Positions 38,508 to 49,862 of a DNA stretch of 64,000 nt are shown here, piece after piece. The position numbers and the translations under genes were made by a program. Positions within the stretch are counted from its first letter, which is position 1. Each line of letters begins with the position of its first letter. The DNA comes from an uncultured virus (IMG/VR IMGVR_UViG_3300024999_000047) (lineage: Duplodnaviria > Heunggongvirae > Uroviricota > Caudoviricetes): the IMG/VR virus record IMGVR_UViG_3300024999_000047. One strand, written 5' to 3'. A model generated the notes under the pieces. That model was not told where the DNA came from. It saw only the letters and a list, made by a program, of their open reading frames with translations, and did not search any database.

Positions 38508-41500
38508 ATGTTTTTAGAAGATATTGATTTTAGTAAACCTATTCCACAACCACAATTATTTCTTTGTAAAAATAATATAGAACGTACTACTATTGCCAAT
38601 CTAAGTGAAGCATTTAATATTGAGTTAAATTTAAAATTCGGAGGAGTTTCAGAATTAAATTTCAGTGTACCATTTCAAATTGATTCAAATAATGAATTAA
38701 TTAAAAATCCAAATATAAATAAATTGCTTTATAAATATATTATAAAAATAAAGTTAGATTCATATGAAGATTATTTTATTATTGATAAACCAAAAGATAA
38801 TATGAGTGATTCTGATGATGTAAAGAATATAACTTGTTATTCTCTTGCTTATGAGTTAAAAGATAAAAATATAAGAAATTATGTTGTTGAAGCAAAATCA
38901 ATTAATCAATTATTTAATGGATTTACTGAAGATGGTATTACTTATTCTTCTATTTTATCAGAAACAAATTGGGTCTTAGGGTATACCGATGTTGATGCAC
39001 AAATACTTTATAGAGGATTTTCTGTATCTAGCAAAACATTACTTGATTTTTTATTTGAGATTGCAGAAACATTTAGTTGTATTATTATTTTTGATAACAA
39101 AAATAAAGTAATAAATTTCTATGATCCATTGAAATTAGGAACTTACAAAGGTTTAACATTTTCATATGGGCTTTATTTACAAAATATGGACTACGAACCA
39201 GATTATGATAATGTTTGTACACATTTAAAATTATTTGGCAAAGATGATATAACGATCAATGAATACAATTCCACAGGTACAAATTTCTTAACTAATTATT
39301 CTCTATTTTTATATCCATTTGAACGTGATGAAAATAAAAATGTGTTAAAATCTAGTTTATATTTCACAGATTCGTTATCAAACACTATTTTGGATTATCA
39401 AGATTTAGTAAATAGTAAAGATACAGAATTTACAACATTAATAGAACAAAAAGAAGTAAAACAAGATGAATTAACTATATTAGATAATAGTTTAAATACA
39501 CTACTTACGGAACTTGATGTGATACAAGATAATTTCGATATTGCTCAAGCCAATGGTGATGATACTTCTGCTTTATTAATAGAAAAACAAAATAAACAAA
39601 TTGAAATAGATAATAAACAAATTGAAATAGATAATAAACAAATTGAAATAGATAATATTGATTTACAAATTGCTTCATTAAGAAGTGTATTGTCTATGGA
39701 GAATAATTTTACAGTAGATCAGATAACGGAAATCAATAATTATATAATTGTAAAAGAATTATCTAATGATAGTATTACTAATAGTAAAGATTTGATCGAA
39801 TACGGCAAGAAAGAGTTTATTAAAATAATTGCTCCTATATTAAATATAAAAATTAACACAGTAAATTTGCTTGCCTTATTTGAAGAACAAGATAAATGGG
39901 ATAAATTTTTGCCAACTAATTTAGGTGACATAATTAAGATATACTATGAAAAAATGGATATTGAGATAGAAGCAAAGATTGTAGAATTTAACTTTAACTT
40001 CGAAGAACAAGAATGCACTTTGAGCATATCTAATAGTAAAAAAATATCTGATGATAAACAAAAATTTATTGAAAATTTAAATAAAGCAATATCTACTTCT
40101 ACTACAGTTGATATGAATAAATATAATATTAGTGAAATACCACAGTTAACAAGTGAAATAAATCAGATTATTAACAATAAATGGAATGCCAATAAAAATG
40201 CGATAATATCAGGAACAAACGAAAATTATACTCTTGATAGACACGGATTAACTCTTAAATCACCTATAGATGAATTAAATTTTCTACGTGCATTACATAA
40301 TATTTTAGCGTTTACAAATGATGGTGGGAATACTTATAAAAATGCTCTGACACCTTTAGGTTTGATAGCAGAGGTAATTTTTGGAAAACTTCTGTGTGGT
40401 GTAAATCTTCAAATCGATGCTTCTGACACTCAAGGCAATAAAACATTTACAGTAGACCAAAACGGTATAGAAATTTCAGGTTTAGCATTAACTATTACAA
40501 ACGGAGGTATACCACAAGATCAATTATCTGATTCTACTCAATCATTAATAACTAATGCATTACAAACAGATAAACAACCACCTGACTTATCAACACCAAC
40601 ATTAACAGCGATAAATGACGGAACAATAAAAATATCTATCGCTAAACCTATTGATACAGATTTATCAGGATTTAATATTTGGAGAAATACTCCTACTAAT
40701 AACTCAACAACAGCAACATTAATAAAAAGTTTAACTACAACTTCTATAACTTGTCCAAGTTTATTAGAATATATTGATACTAATACTATTAGTAATACAC
40801 CATATTATTATTGGGTATCTGCTTATGACACTCAAAGTAATGAAACTAATAAAATAGCAACTACTCCAATATCTATTACCGCATTAGATACAATTCGTCC
40901 ATCTAGACCAACAAATTTAATAATTAAAGGTGGTTGGGGAAGAATTGATCTATCTTGGACAGCACCTATAGATAAAGACATAGCAAAATATAGAATACAA
41001 ATTAGTAATTTTAGTGACTTTAGTGTAATAGCATCTACAATAGATACTAATATTACTGGTTATACTGATTTTGATAGAACATATATTAGCATAAGATATT
41101 ATAGGATATATTCTATAGATATTAATAATAATATATCAATTGATTTTTTATCAGGGAATGGTCAAGCTGTAATAGCTGGAGATAATACACCACCTAATGC
41201 ACCTTCAGTACCAACGATTACATCTGATAGCAATGGAAGATTAATAATAACATTTAAAGGCTCTGGTTCTTCTGATGCTTCAAGATATAGAATTATAAGA
41301 CATACTTGTAATTCTTCTGATAAAACTGGTGATGACAATGGAATTGATATTGGTATAATTAACCATTTAGGAGGTATAACACATAAATATATTGATAGTT
41401 ATTTAGATAAAATTAAATATTATTATTATCAAGTATATACTATTGATAATTCTGGAATGTCTTCATCTACTGCATTAACGATTCCAACAACAGGTACAAT

Positions 41501-44500
41501 ACAAGCAGTAGATAATACTCCTCCAAATATACCAACAATATCAGGTGGAGAATCTAAAATTGGTGGTATCACTATATATTGGAATAGTGTTACTGATGCA
41601 GTATCGTATAACGTATATAGATATGACTCTGATGGTGTAAGCAATGAAATGTATATGGCAAACGTATCACAATTGCAATTTACAGATAATTCTATGTCAA
41701 TAAATGTTAGTAATTCATATCAATATAAGATATCCGCAGTAGATTCTTGGGGTAATATAAGTGGTAAAAGTAATTTATCTGGAAGTTTTTCATCAATGAC
41801 ACCATATACAGCTAGTGATACAACTGCTCCAACAATTGGGACTATAAATGATCCAATTGCAAATGATGATGGTTCTATTACATTATCATGGTCAGGATAT
41901 ACAGATGAATTATCTGGTGTTGGTGGATATAATATATGGAGAATTTTATCAACTCAAACTTTCGATGATAAAGAATTAATATATAGTGTTAGAAATTATA
42001 ATATTACTTCATATACAGATACTACTACAATACATAATACAACATATAAATACACAATTACTTGTTTTGATAATGCTGGCAATCAAACTGCAATAGAGGA
42101 AAATTTAGCTAATTGGAAACAAATAACTGCTAATGATATTATTGATCCTTCTGCCCCAAGTGATTTGATTATATCAGGTGGTATAGGAACAATAATGTTA
42201 AATTGGACTAAACCAGAAGATTTAGATATAGCAAATTACAGAATATGGGTTAGTGATTATTCAGATTTTAATATATATGATATAGTAAATACGTCACAAA
42301 CAAGTTATACAGATACAAATAGAGATACATTTAATAATAGATATTACAGAATATATACAATAGATAGAGCAGGTAATAAATCATGGGATGAAATTACTGT
42401 ACCTTCAACTGGTTATATTTCAGGTAGTGGTCAAACTGCTATTCCTGGAGATGGTGCTCCTCCTTCTCAATTGCCTACAATTGATAATATTAATACAAAA
42501 TGTAATTATAATGGTAGTATTACAATTACATGGATACCAAATGAAAATCCTGATGGTGATTTAGCAAAATATAAGATATTTAGAAGTGAAGATGGTACTA
42601 ATTTTTATAATATTGCAGAAGTAGATAATTTTACAACAAATTACACAAATACAGGATTAAATAATGGTCAAGGTTATTATTACAAATTATCTTGTGTTGA
42701 TTATAGTGGAATGGAAAGTATTGATAAAACAGAATCTACAAATATATTATATGCAATTGATAATGATGCACCGCCTTTACCAAATGATTTATCAGCAACA
42801 GGAGATTTGGGAGCAATAAAATTATTATGGACAGAAACAGAAAAAGGTGCTTTATATGATATTTATAGATTAAAATTATTACCTGAAGATGAATTAGAAT
42901 ATACAAAGATAATAACAATTCCTGGTTCAACAGGAGACTTAGGTAAACTAATGTTCATAGATTACGATCCTCCTACAAATACAGCAAGTACATGGTATTA
43001 TAAATTAAAAGTTTCTGATCAATGGGGTAATGCATCAGAATTTACAGATAGTGTTAGTGCTACTTCTACTATTGTTTTTGATGGAAATGTCACAGGAAAT
43101 ATAAATGGAGTACCTGCTACAACAATAAATTCTTTAATAATAAATTCAAATAATCCATATTTTGAAAAAGATAAATTATTTTGGTCTGATAGTTATGTAG
43201 GAATGGATATTCCAAATACTAATGTAGGCACTATAGTAAGCGGAGTAGGTAGTTGGGGAACTAATGTATTAGAGATTACAGGAGAAAAAAGATTATATTA
43301 TTCTAAAGCAATTCCTATAGATATTAATAGAACATATAAAATAAGATTTAAAACAAGACAGACTGTTTTACCAACAGTAGGTGGAAGATTTATGCAATCA
43401 GGGTTAATATATCTTGATAGTAATTATAATTATATTAGTATAGCTGCTATTTGTCCTAATATCGCAGCAAATAACACAAGTTGGCAAACAATAGAAAATA
43501 TTGTAAGTCCTAATACAGTAAATGTATTTCCTACCAATACTGTATATGTTCGTCCATTTTTTTTAGTAAATGCTACTGACGGAAATGGTACAGCACAAAT
43601 TGATGGATTAGATTTTTTTGATATTACAGAATCTTATAATGCACAAGTAACAGCAAATAATAGTGTACAACAAGGAATAGCATATAGTAATGGTTTTAAA
43701 TTTGATCCTAGTGCTAATGGAACAGGTTTAAGTGTAACTTTAGGTGGTACAGGAACATATTCAAATAAAATAAGGAGTATTTTTAATGCCACTGAAGGTA
43801 TTAAAATTCAAAATCGCCCAACAATTTTGTCAGGCGAAGAAGTATTAGGTAATGCTTGGAGTAATGCTGTAGACCAATTAAAAATTGATACAGACGGCAA
43901 TTTACTTTTATCAGGTAAAATACAAATTGGAGATACATTTTCAGTAACTCCAACAGGTGTTTTAAATGCCACAGGAGCAACGATTGCTGGTAATGTTGAT
44001 ATTACAGGAACATTAAAAATTGCTGGCACAAATATATTAGATACAATTGATGGGAAAATAACTTCTGCTGGATTAAATAGTACAGTTAATTCAGATATAA
44101 ATCAAGGTAAAACTGCAAGAAGTTATTTTGATTCAAATGGAAATTTAATTATGAGTCATTTGGCAAGTATTACTTGGGATAAAGTAGATACTACTGGTGC
44201 TACAGCTAGTGATGTAGGTGCAAGACCTGACACATGGACACCTACTGCTAGTGATGTTGGAGCTGTAGCAAATAATCAAACAGCAGTATTTAATACATTA
44301 ACAAATAATGCTACTCTTCCAGGATTATTTATGAACAATGGACAATTATATATAAATGCAAATTATATAAATACTGGTATATTAACTAGTGTAACTATTG
44401 ACGTTGATACAGACGCAAAGATAGGGAATAACTTGATTCTTAGTCCATCATCTTATAGTGGTGTACAATGGGGAGAAGGTATAAACACACCAGTAATTTA

Positions 44501-44609
44501 TGTTGATTCAACCCCAGACGCTGGTGGTATGCATTTAGTAAATCCTGGTCATGGTATTTATGCTAATGGTATAAGAATAGACCAAACACCTATAGCAACA
44601 TTTGGTTAA
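38508..44609 (+). CDS. Tail tip/Tal-like host-specificity protein with multiple FN3 repeats and a CBM-like domain
   Basis: Prophage-tail N-terminus; repeated D..PP..P...LSW...Y.I.R...Y.D...YYY.V.A.D..GN.S FN3 motifs. Confidence 0.85.
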   Translation: MFLEDIDFSKPIPQPQLFLCKNNIERTTIANLSEAFNIELNLKFGGVSELNFSVPFQIDSNNELIKNPNINKLLYKYIIKIKLDSYEDYFIIDKPKDNMSDSDDVKNITCYSLAYELKDKNIRNYVVEAKSINQLFNGFTEDGITYSSILSETNWVLGYTDVDAQILYRGFSVSSKTLLDFLFEIAETFSCIIIFDNKNKVINFYDPLKLGTYKGLTFSYGLYLQNMDYEPDYDNVCTHLKLFGKDDITINEYNSTGTNFLTNYSLFLYPFERDENKNVLKSSLYFTDSLSNTILDYQDLVNSKDTEFTTLIEQKEVKQDELTILDNSLNTLLTELDVIQDNFDIAQANGDDTSALLIEKQNKQIEIDNKQIEIDNKQIEIDNIDLQIASLRSVLSMENNFTVDQITEINNYIIVKELSNDSITNSKDLIEYGKKEFIKIIAPILNIKINTVNLLALFEEQDKWDKFLPTNLGDIIKIYYEKMDIEIEAKIVEFNFNFEEQECTLSISNSKKISDDKQKFIENLNKAISTSTTVDMNKYNISEIPQLTSEINQIINNKWNANKNAIISGTNENYTLDRHGLTLKSPIDELNFLRALHNILAFTNDGGNTYKNALTPLGLIAEVIFGKLLCGVNLQIDASDTQGNKTFTVDQNGIEISGLALTITNGGIPQDQLSDSTQSLITNALQTDKQPPDLSTPTLTAINDGTIKISIAKPIDTDLSGFNIWRNTPTNNSTTATLIKSLTTTSITCPSLLEYIDTNTISNTPYYYWVSAYDTQSNETNKIATTPISITALDTIRPSRPTNLIIKGGWGRIDLSWTAPIDKDIAKYRIQISNFSDFSVIASTIDTNITGYTDFDRTYISIRYYRIYSIDINNNISIDFLSGNGQAVIAGDNTPPNAPSVPTITSDSNGRLIITFKGSGSSDASRYRIIRHTCNSSDKTGDDNGIDIGIINHLGGITHKYIDSYLDKIKYYYYQVYTIDNSGMSSSTALTIPTTGTIQAVDNTPPNIPTISGGESKIGGITIYWNSVTDAVSYNVYRYDSDGVSNEMYMANVSQLQFTDNSMSINVSNSYQYKISAVDSWGNISGKSNLSGSFSSMTPYTASDTTAPTIGTINDPIANDDGSITLSWSGYTDELSGVGGYNIWRILSTQTFDDKELIYSVRNYNITSYTDTTTIHNTTYKYTITCFDNAGNQTAIEENLANWKQITANDIIDPSAPSDLIISGGIGTIMLNWTKPEDLDIANYRIWVSDYSDFNIYDIVNTSQTSYTDTNRDTFNNRYYRIYTIDRAGNKSWDEITVPSTGYISGSGQTAIPGDGAPPSQLPTIDNINTKCNYNGSITITWIPNENPDGDLAKYKIFRSEDGTNFYNIAEVDNFTTNYTNTGLNNGQGYYYKLSCVDYSGMESIDKTESTNILYAIDNDAPPLPNDLSATGDLGAIKLLWTETEKGALYDIYRLKLLPEDELEYTKIITIPGSTGDLGKLMFIDYDPPTNTASTWYYKLKVSDQWGNASEFTDSVSATSTIVFDGNVTGNINGVPATTINSLIINSNNPYFEKDKLFWSDSYVGMDIPNTNVGTIVSGVGSWGTNVLEITGEKRLYYSKAIPIDINRTYKIRFKTRQTVLPTVGGRFMQSGLIYLDSNYNYISIAAICPNIAANNTSWQTIENIVSPNTVNVFPTNTVYVRPFFLVNATDGNGTAQIDGLDFFDITESYNAQVTANNSVQQGIAYSNGFKFDPSANGTGLSVTLGGTGTYSNKIRSIFNATEGIKIQNRPTILSGEEVLGNAWSNAVDQLKIDTDGNLLLSGKIQIGDTFSVTPTGVLNATGATIAGNVDITGTLKIAGTNILDTIDGKITSAGLNSTVNSDINQGKTARSYFDSNGNLIMSHLASITWDKVDTTGATASDVGARPDTWTPTASDVGAVANNQTAVFNTLTNNATLPGLFMNNGQLYINANYINTGILTSVTIDVDTDAKIGNNLILSPSSYSGVQWGEGINTPVIYVDSTPDAGGMHLVNPGHGIYANGIRIDQTPIATFG
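39591..39653 (+). repeat. 3 x 21-bp perfect tandem repeat (NKQIEID heptad)
   Basis: AATAAACAAATTGAAATAGAT repeated three times. Confidence 0.95.
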
Positions 44610-45206
44610 TTATTTGTAATATTTACTATTAATCCATACAGTTTCCATGTATAAATTTATAGCATTAACGTCATTTGTAATAATTGTAGTTTTACCTGTA
44701 CGATCTTGATATTTTAAACTATTACTAGATTTATCATATATATAAGATGGAGAATATATATCCCCTATTTCCCTATATTGAGCATAATAATCTCTTCCTT
44801 TAAAATAGGTTTCTCCATCAACTATTATTGCATTTAATCCTTTATAGGAAGTTTTTGCTATTCCATCACTATTTACGGTAATAGGTTGTGCAGGTACAGG
44901 ATTAATAATTGGTGTAGCGGAAGGTGTAATTACGATAGGATCACTTGCTCCACTGCTACCACCAACAACAAAACTCCCAGTCTCACTATTCCATTGCAAC
45001 ATCAACCCTGATTTCGTAACAAACTTTGCACTAACATATAATTGGCCATTTTGGAATTCAGGATTAGTTTTTAACTGGTCAAACATTAATTGTAAATTAT
45101 TTATTGAAGGTAAAGTTGTGGTAGTATCCGCAAAAGCAAATGAAGTGTTAAATAGAATAGTTGTTGGAATTATAGCGAGCATTAATAGTTTCTTTAGTTT
45201 TCTCAT
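44610..45206 (-). CDS. Secreted protein with signal peptide (moron-like)
   Basis: MRKLKKLLMLAII...SFAFA signal peptide; opposite strand; AAGGAG RBS. Confidence 0.7.
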   Translation of the reverse strand: MRKLKKLLMLAIIPTTILFNTSFAFADTTTTLPSINNLQLMFDQLKTNPEFQNGQLYVSAKFVTKSGLMLQWNSETGSFVVGGSSGASDPIVITPSATPIINPVPAQPITVNSDGIAKTSYKGLNAIIVDGETYFKGRDYYAQYREIGDIYSPSYIYDKSSNSLKYQDRTGKTTIITNDVNAINLYMETVWINSKYYK

Positions 45207-45498
45207 GTGTTCACTCTCCTTTTTAGTTTTGTATTTTGTTTCATTTTACCATAGTCAATAAAATATTGCAAGTGTTAAAATAGTAAAATAAAAATTAATT
45301 TTTATTAATTATTTTATAGAATATTAAAATAATTATATTGACTTCCTATTTATATTATGATAATATATCAATAGAATTAAAAGGTTTAATAAAAAATAAA
45401 TATTGATTGGAGGTTAGATATTTTGTTTTAATATATTTATAGATTGGTAATATAATTAATTAGGTAAAATTAAAAATTTTAAAGGAGAAATGATAATT

Positions 45499-46257
45499 AT
45501 GGAAAATAAAAATGAGTTAATAGTGTTCGAACAAGTAGGTTTAGGTAAATTAAAAGTTATAAAGATAAATGATGAAGATGTATTTAATTTGAGCGATGTG
45601 TGTTTTGGATTAGGTCATATTAGATCAAATGCTAATGGAATTGAATATTTAAGAAAAGATAGAATAGAGAATATATGTAAAAATCTTGATATAAAAGCTG
45701 TGACCACAACGGACACAAATATAAATATCACAAAAGATACTGATTTTGAGAACACATACATATCTGAAGAGTCATTTTATGATTTAGCATTAGAAAGTAA
45801 AACTAATGGTGCAAGAGCATTTCGTAAATGGGTAACTTCAGATATTCTTCCTTCTCTCCGTAAGCGTGGTATCTATATAATGGAACATGCAAAAGAAGAA
45901 ATTATAGACAAGGAAAAATTATTTGGTAAACGTAGAATAAAGAATACATTTGCTAATGCTGAAATCCATAAAGTGGAAAAATTATATGATGATTTTATGG
46001 ATTATATTTCAGAAGAATATAGTGCTAAAGAAAGAATAAAAATGTTACAAAGTGTTTATAATGGACTAAATGAATTAAATTTAAAATTATCTTATAATGC
46101 TGTAAAAAATATTGGTAAATGTTATGATGTTTCTTTATTACAGAATAAAGTTTTGCAAGATAAAGCATATTTACAAAATAAAAGGAATGGTGGAATAAAA
46201 AGTTCGCAAACAAAGACAATTAATAAACTTAGACAAGGTGAATGTTATAGTTTATAA
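45499..46257 (+). CDS. BRO-N domain protein
   Basis: FNLSDVCFGLG...ISEESFYDL...AFRKWVTSDILPSLRKRGIY. Confidence 0.85.
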   Translation: MENKNELIVFEQVGLGKLKVIKINDEDVFNLSDVCFGLGHIRSNANGIEYLRKDRIENICKNLDIKAVTTTDTNINITKDTDFENTYISEESFYDLALESKTNGARAFRKWVTSDILPSLRKRGIYIMEHAKEEIIDKEKLFGKRRIKNTFANAEIHKVEKLYDDFMDYISEEYSAKERIKMLQSVYNGLNELNLKLSYNAVKNIGKCYDVSLLQNKVLQDKAYLQNKRNGGIKSSQTKTINKLRQGECYSL

Positions 46258-46410
46258 TAGAATAATAATATAATTTATATTAATAGTATGTTGTTAGTAA
46301 GTGAAACAATATACTATTAATAGATATAATGAAAATGAATACCTGTAGTCCTCCTTATATTTTTGATAAATACATATTTGTGATATAATATTATAGGGAG
46401 TGATTTGTAT

Positions 46411-46620
46411 ATGACAGTTAAAAATTCTTTAAAAGAAATTTTAGAAAAAAGAGGCTTAAAACAAAAATGGTTAGCTGAACAAGTTGGGATAGATAAACGC
46501 ACTATGAGCAATATCATATCTAATAGATATAATACAAGCCTTGAAGTAGCGTTAAAAATAGCTGAAATATTAGAAATAAAAGTTGATGATATTTTTAAGT
46601 TAGATAAACAAGAAAATTAA
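46411..46620 (+). CDS. XRE-family HTH regulator, paralog of 35738
   Basis: VKNSLKEILEKRGLKQKWLAEQVGI...SLEVALKIAEIL. Confidence 0.88.
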   Translation: MTVKNSLKEILEKRGLKQKWLAEQVGIDKRTMSNIISNRYNTSLEVALKIAEILEIKVDDIFKLDKQEN

Positions 46621-46739
46621 ATCATTAAATAAGGAAAAATATATTAAATAAAGTCTTGACATATAAGACTGCTCTCCTTTATAATTATAGATGTAAAGCA
46701 GGTCAAACATTAACTATAATTTAAAGGAGAGTGCCAATT

Positions 46740-47207
46740 ATGTTAAACTTAATTTCAAATCTCACAAACCTCAATCACATCAATCAATTTGTCAATCATA
46801 AGGTAGAAGTAACTACCAGGGAATCAAGAATTACATTTAATTATTATGACTTTAACTATGATATTTGTGACAATGATCTAATATTAATGGATGTGTCAGA
46901 TAAAGATTGTAGAGTATACATACCTATCGAAGAAATAACTTCAGTAACTAATCTTACAGATGATTTATATACTACTGTTGTAGATATTAAGTACAGAGAT
47001 AAATTTGGTAATAAGATAATCTCTATTTGTTGTGCAGAGCGTAAGCCTATTCCGATTAGGTGTAATAAATGCGGATATGTGTTTGAAGATGGTGAGCAAG
47101 TTTGGGAAATTAACCAGCAGGGACAGTATGGAAGTATATATGATGGAGATTGGTTGGTTAAAAAACTGTGCGACAGATGTGTTGAAGTTTTGATGGATGA
47201 AGAATAA
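46740..47207 (+). CDS. Hypothetical protein with C-terminal zinc ribbon
   Basis: CNKC...CDRC; upstream TTGACA-18-TATAAT at 46656-46685. Confidence 0.65.
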   Translation: MLNLISNLTNLNHINQFVNHKVEVTTRESRITFNYYDFNYDICDNDLILMDVSDKDCRVYIPIEEITSVTNLTDDLYTTVVDIKYRDKFGNKIISICCAERKPIPIRCNKCGYVFEDGEQVWEINQQGQYGSIYDGDWLVKKLCDRCVEVLMDEE

Positions 47208-47322
47208 AAATATGACGCAGGAGTTTGTAGGAGTATAATAGATTATATTAACAATAAAGACCTCATCAAAGAGGTCTTTTTATTTTGCAAAATAAAAAAT
47301 TAAAAGGAGGTGAAAATTAAAA

Positions 47323-47448
47323 ATGGCAAAACAAATAAAAAAAGAGACTGAACTAATTTCAATTCAGTCAATTAATAATAAAAATAATAAAGTAATAATT
47401 ATGGAAAACGGTGATTTAGTATTTACTGGTAGTGTTTCTATTTCTTAA
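47323..47448 (+). CDS. 41-aa hypothetical protein; not in ORF track
   Basis: AAGGAGGTG RBS; MAKQIKKETELISIQSINNKNNKVIIMENGDLVFTGSVSIS. Confidence 0.5.
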   Translation: MAKQIKKETELISIQSINNKNNKVIIMENGDLVFTGSVSIS

Positions 47449-47650
47449 TTTCAATGGTTCCGTCATTATTAATAATATAATCTTTATTAATATTAATTTT
47501 AACGGAACCATTATTGTAAATTTCAGATCTAATAATAGTATTATCAGTATAAGTTATTACACAGATTATACTTTCATTTTCTAATATTATTTCTCTTTTT
47601 GCAATATCCGCAGGTGCTTTAATTATCCAATCACCATTTAATTGAGACAT
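47438..47650 (-). CDS. 70-aa hypothetical protein
   Basis: GAAGGAGGTGA RBS then ATG at 47650 (MSQLNGDW). Confidence 0.6.
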   Translation of the reverse strand: MSQLNGDWIIKAPADIAKREIILENESIICVITYTDNTIIRSEIYNNGSVKININKDYIINNDGTIEIKK

Positions 47651-47867
47651 ATAACTATCACCTCCTTCTATTGATACTATTCGATAGTTGAGAAGTGATT
47701 CCTTTGATAAAGAATGTTGATATATGACTACTAATGTCAAATATGTGAATTATTTAGTTCAATCAACATAACAACAAAATAATAATAATAACATAATTCT
47801 TATATTATTATTATTAAAAGAGGTTTATACCTCTTTTATATTTTGTACAAAAAATTGAGGTGATTTT

Positions 47868-49841
47868 ACGTCAAATAAAACCAATCAAACAAAAAGATAT
47901 TTCATAGAATTTTATGATTCTTCAGATAAGGAATTAGTAAAGTCATTTGGTGGAATAGTTAAACATGATTTTAATAACGTTTCAGAATTAATGTCAGCAG
48001 AATTAACTTTAGAACAAGTAGAAAAATTAATTAAACACAATAAAATAAAAAATATTAAACTTGTAGGAATGTGTAAGGGTTCTTCTCAATATATGGATTG
48101 GGGTTATACTGAAACTAAAGTAAATACGAGATATAGAGGAATTTATACAGGAAATAATGTAAAAGTTGCAATAATTGATAGTGGTATAGAACATCATGAA
48201 GACTTAATTGATCCTTATGAATGGATAGATTATGTAAATAATGTTTTCTTCAGGTATGATGATTATGGGCATGGTACTTTTATTGCAGGTATAATTTCAG
48301 GACAAGATAATACTGTTGGTTATATTGGAGTTGCACCAAACGTAACATTATATGTCGCAAAAGTATTAGATGAAAATAATTTTGGTTATGTAGATGATTT
48401 TATAGCAGGGATAGACTGGGCAATATCACATGATGTTGATATTATAAACTTTTCTATAGTATCTGAAATATATGATCAATATTTAGTAAACGCAACTCGT
48501 AGAGCGTATGATGCTGGAATTATTGTAGTGGCATGTAGTGGTAATGGAACATGGAATAGTCAAACTGGATGGGATATGATTGCAAAAAATACTTTGTCTT
48601 GTCCGGCAATAGATTATTCTTGTGTTTCAGTTGGTTCAATTGATTTTTATGAAGAAAGATCAAGTTTCTCCAATTATGGTGATGGATTAGATTTGGTTGC
48701 ACCTGGAGAATATATTAGTAGTACATATAATAGTAGTTACACAAGTTATGCAGGATGGTCAGGAACATCTTTTGCTACCGCTTATGTAACTGGTCACTTA
48801 GCGATATTAAAAGAAAAATATCCTTCATATTCTCGTTCACAATTAGTTAGTAAACTATTAAGCAATTGTAAGTCATTAGGTGATTCATATCAATATGGTG
48901 CAGGATTAGTAATGGCTGAATTGGCATTGCCAAGTACACCTTCTTCTCCCCCTACTATTACATCAAGAATAGAAGGTGGCTTTAATTTATCTTGGGGAAC
49001 ATCAACATATGCTACATCTTATACATTAAGATATAAAAATTATGATGGGATTTATCATACTATTCCTGTATCTGGTACAACATATACATTAACAGGTTTG
49101 CAATATGGTGTTACACATTTCTTATCTGTTAAAGGAGATAATGCTTCTGGTAGTTCAGAATATACTCCTATTAACGATTTAGATAATCCAGGTACAACTA
49201 CTGCAAAATCACCAGGAAATTTAACAAATCCAGCAAAAACATATAATACAATTGATGTTAGAATTGCAGATGGAATGAGTGGTAATTGGGATTATATAAG
49301 AGTTTATGCTTACAATAATGGTATATCTCCATCTTATAAAGATATTAGTTATGCTAGTTATCAAAGTGGAACTAGGATTGTTACATGGACAAATCTATCT
49401 GCTGGATTGCAATATAGATTCAATGCAAGAACATATTATACATATAATACTGTAGCATTAGATAGTGTGTATTGGAGTAATGATTTATATGTTACAACAA
49501 CTAGTAGACCAAGTTTATTTAATTGGACACAGACAGAATTAGATGCATTCAATAATAATGGAAATATAAATACATTAACATATTTAAGATGGAATGAATT
49601 TGTTGATAATATAAATTTAGTGAGAGTATATAAAGGATATTCACCTATTGTTAATGATAGTGCTGGAAGAACAGTAAAAATGACAAGTAGTGATAAGATA
49701 CTATATGCCACAAGATTTAATGCTATTAGATTAGCAATTGGTGAAATTAATTCAACTGGAATTACAAATAAAGTTTCAGGTGATACAGTATATGGGAATT
49801 ATTTTGTGACGTTGTGTAATAAGTTGAATGAGATTAGTTAA
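47868..49841 (+). CDS. S8 subtilisin-like protease with I9-like propeptide and FN3 domains
   Basis: Catalytic triad IIDSG / HGTFIAG / GTSFAT; FN3-like motifs follow. The frame is open back to ACG at 47868 after GAGGTG. Confidence 0.88.
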   Translation, partial: TSNKTNQTKRYFIEFYDSSDKELVKSFGGIVKHDFNNVSELMSAELTLEQVEKLIKHNKIKNIKLVGMCKGSSQYMDWGYTETKVNTRYRGIYTGNNVKVAIIDSGIEHHEDLIDPYEWIDYVNNVFFRYDDYGHGTFIAGIISGQDNTVGYIGVAPNVTLYVAKVLDENNFGYVDDFIAGIDWAISHDVDIINFSIVSEIYDQYLVNATRRAYDAGIIVVACSGNGTWNSQTGWDMIAKNTLSCPAIDYSCVSVGSIDFYEERSSFSNYGDGLDLVAPGEYISSTYNSSYTSYAGWSGTSFATAYVTGHLAILKEKYPSYSRSQLVSKLLSNCKSLGDSYQYGAGLVMAELALPSTPSSPPTITSRIEGGFNLSWGTSTYATSYTLRYKNYDGIYHTIPVSGTTYTLTGLQYGVTHFLSVKGDNASGSSEYTPINDLDNPGTTTAKSPGNLTNPAKTYNTIDVRIADGMSGNWDYIRVYAYNNGISPSYKDISYASYQSGTRIVTWTNLSAGLQYRFNARTYYTYNTVALDSVYWSNDLYVTTTSRPSLFNWTQTELDAFNNNGNINTLTYLRWNEFVDNINLVRVYKGYSPIVNDSAGRTVKMTSSDKILYATRFNAIRLAIGEINSTGITNKVSGDTVYGNYFVTLCNKLNEIS

Positions 49842-49862
49842 ATAATTTAGGAGGCAATTAAA

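Noticed and set aside
39591..39653. CRISPR-like array or DGR repeat
   Set aside because: Spacerless 21-bp coding heptad repeats (also 51731-51786); no cas or reverse transcriptase gene seen.
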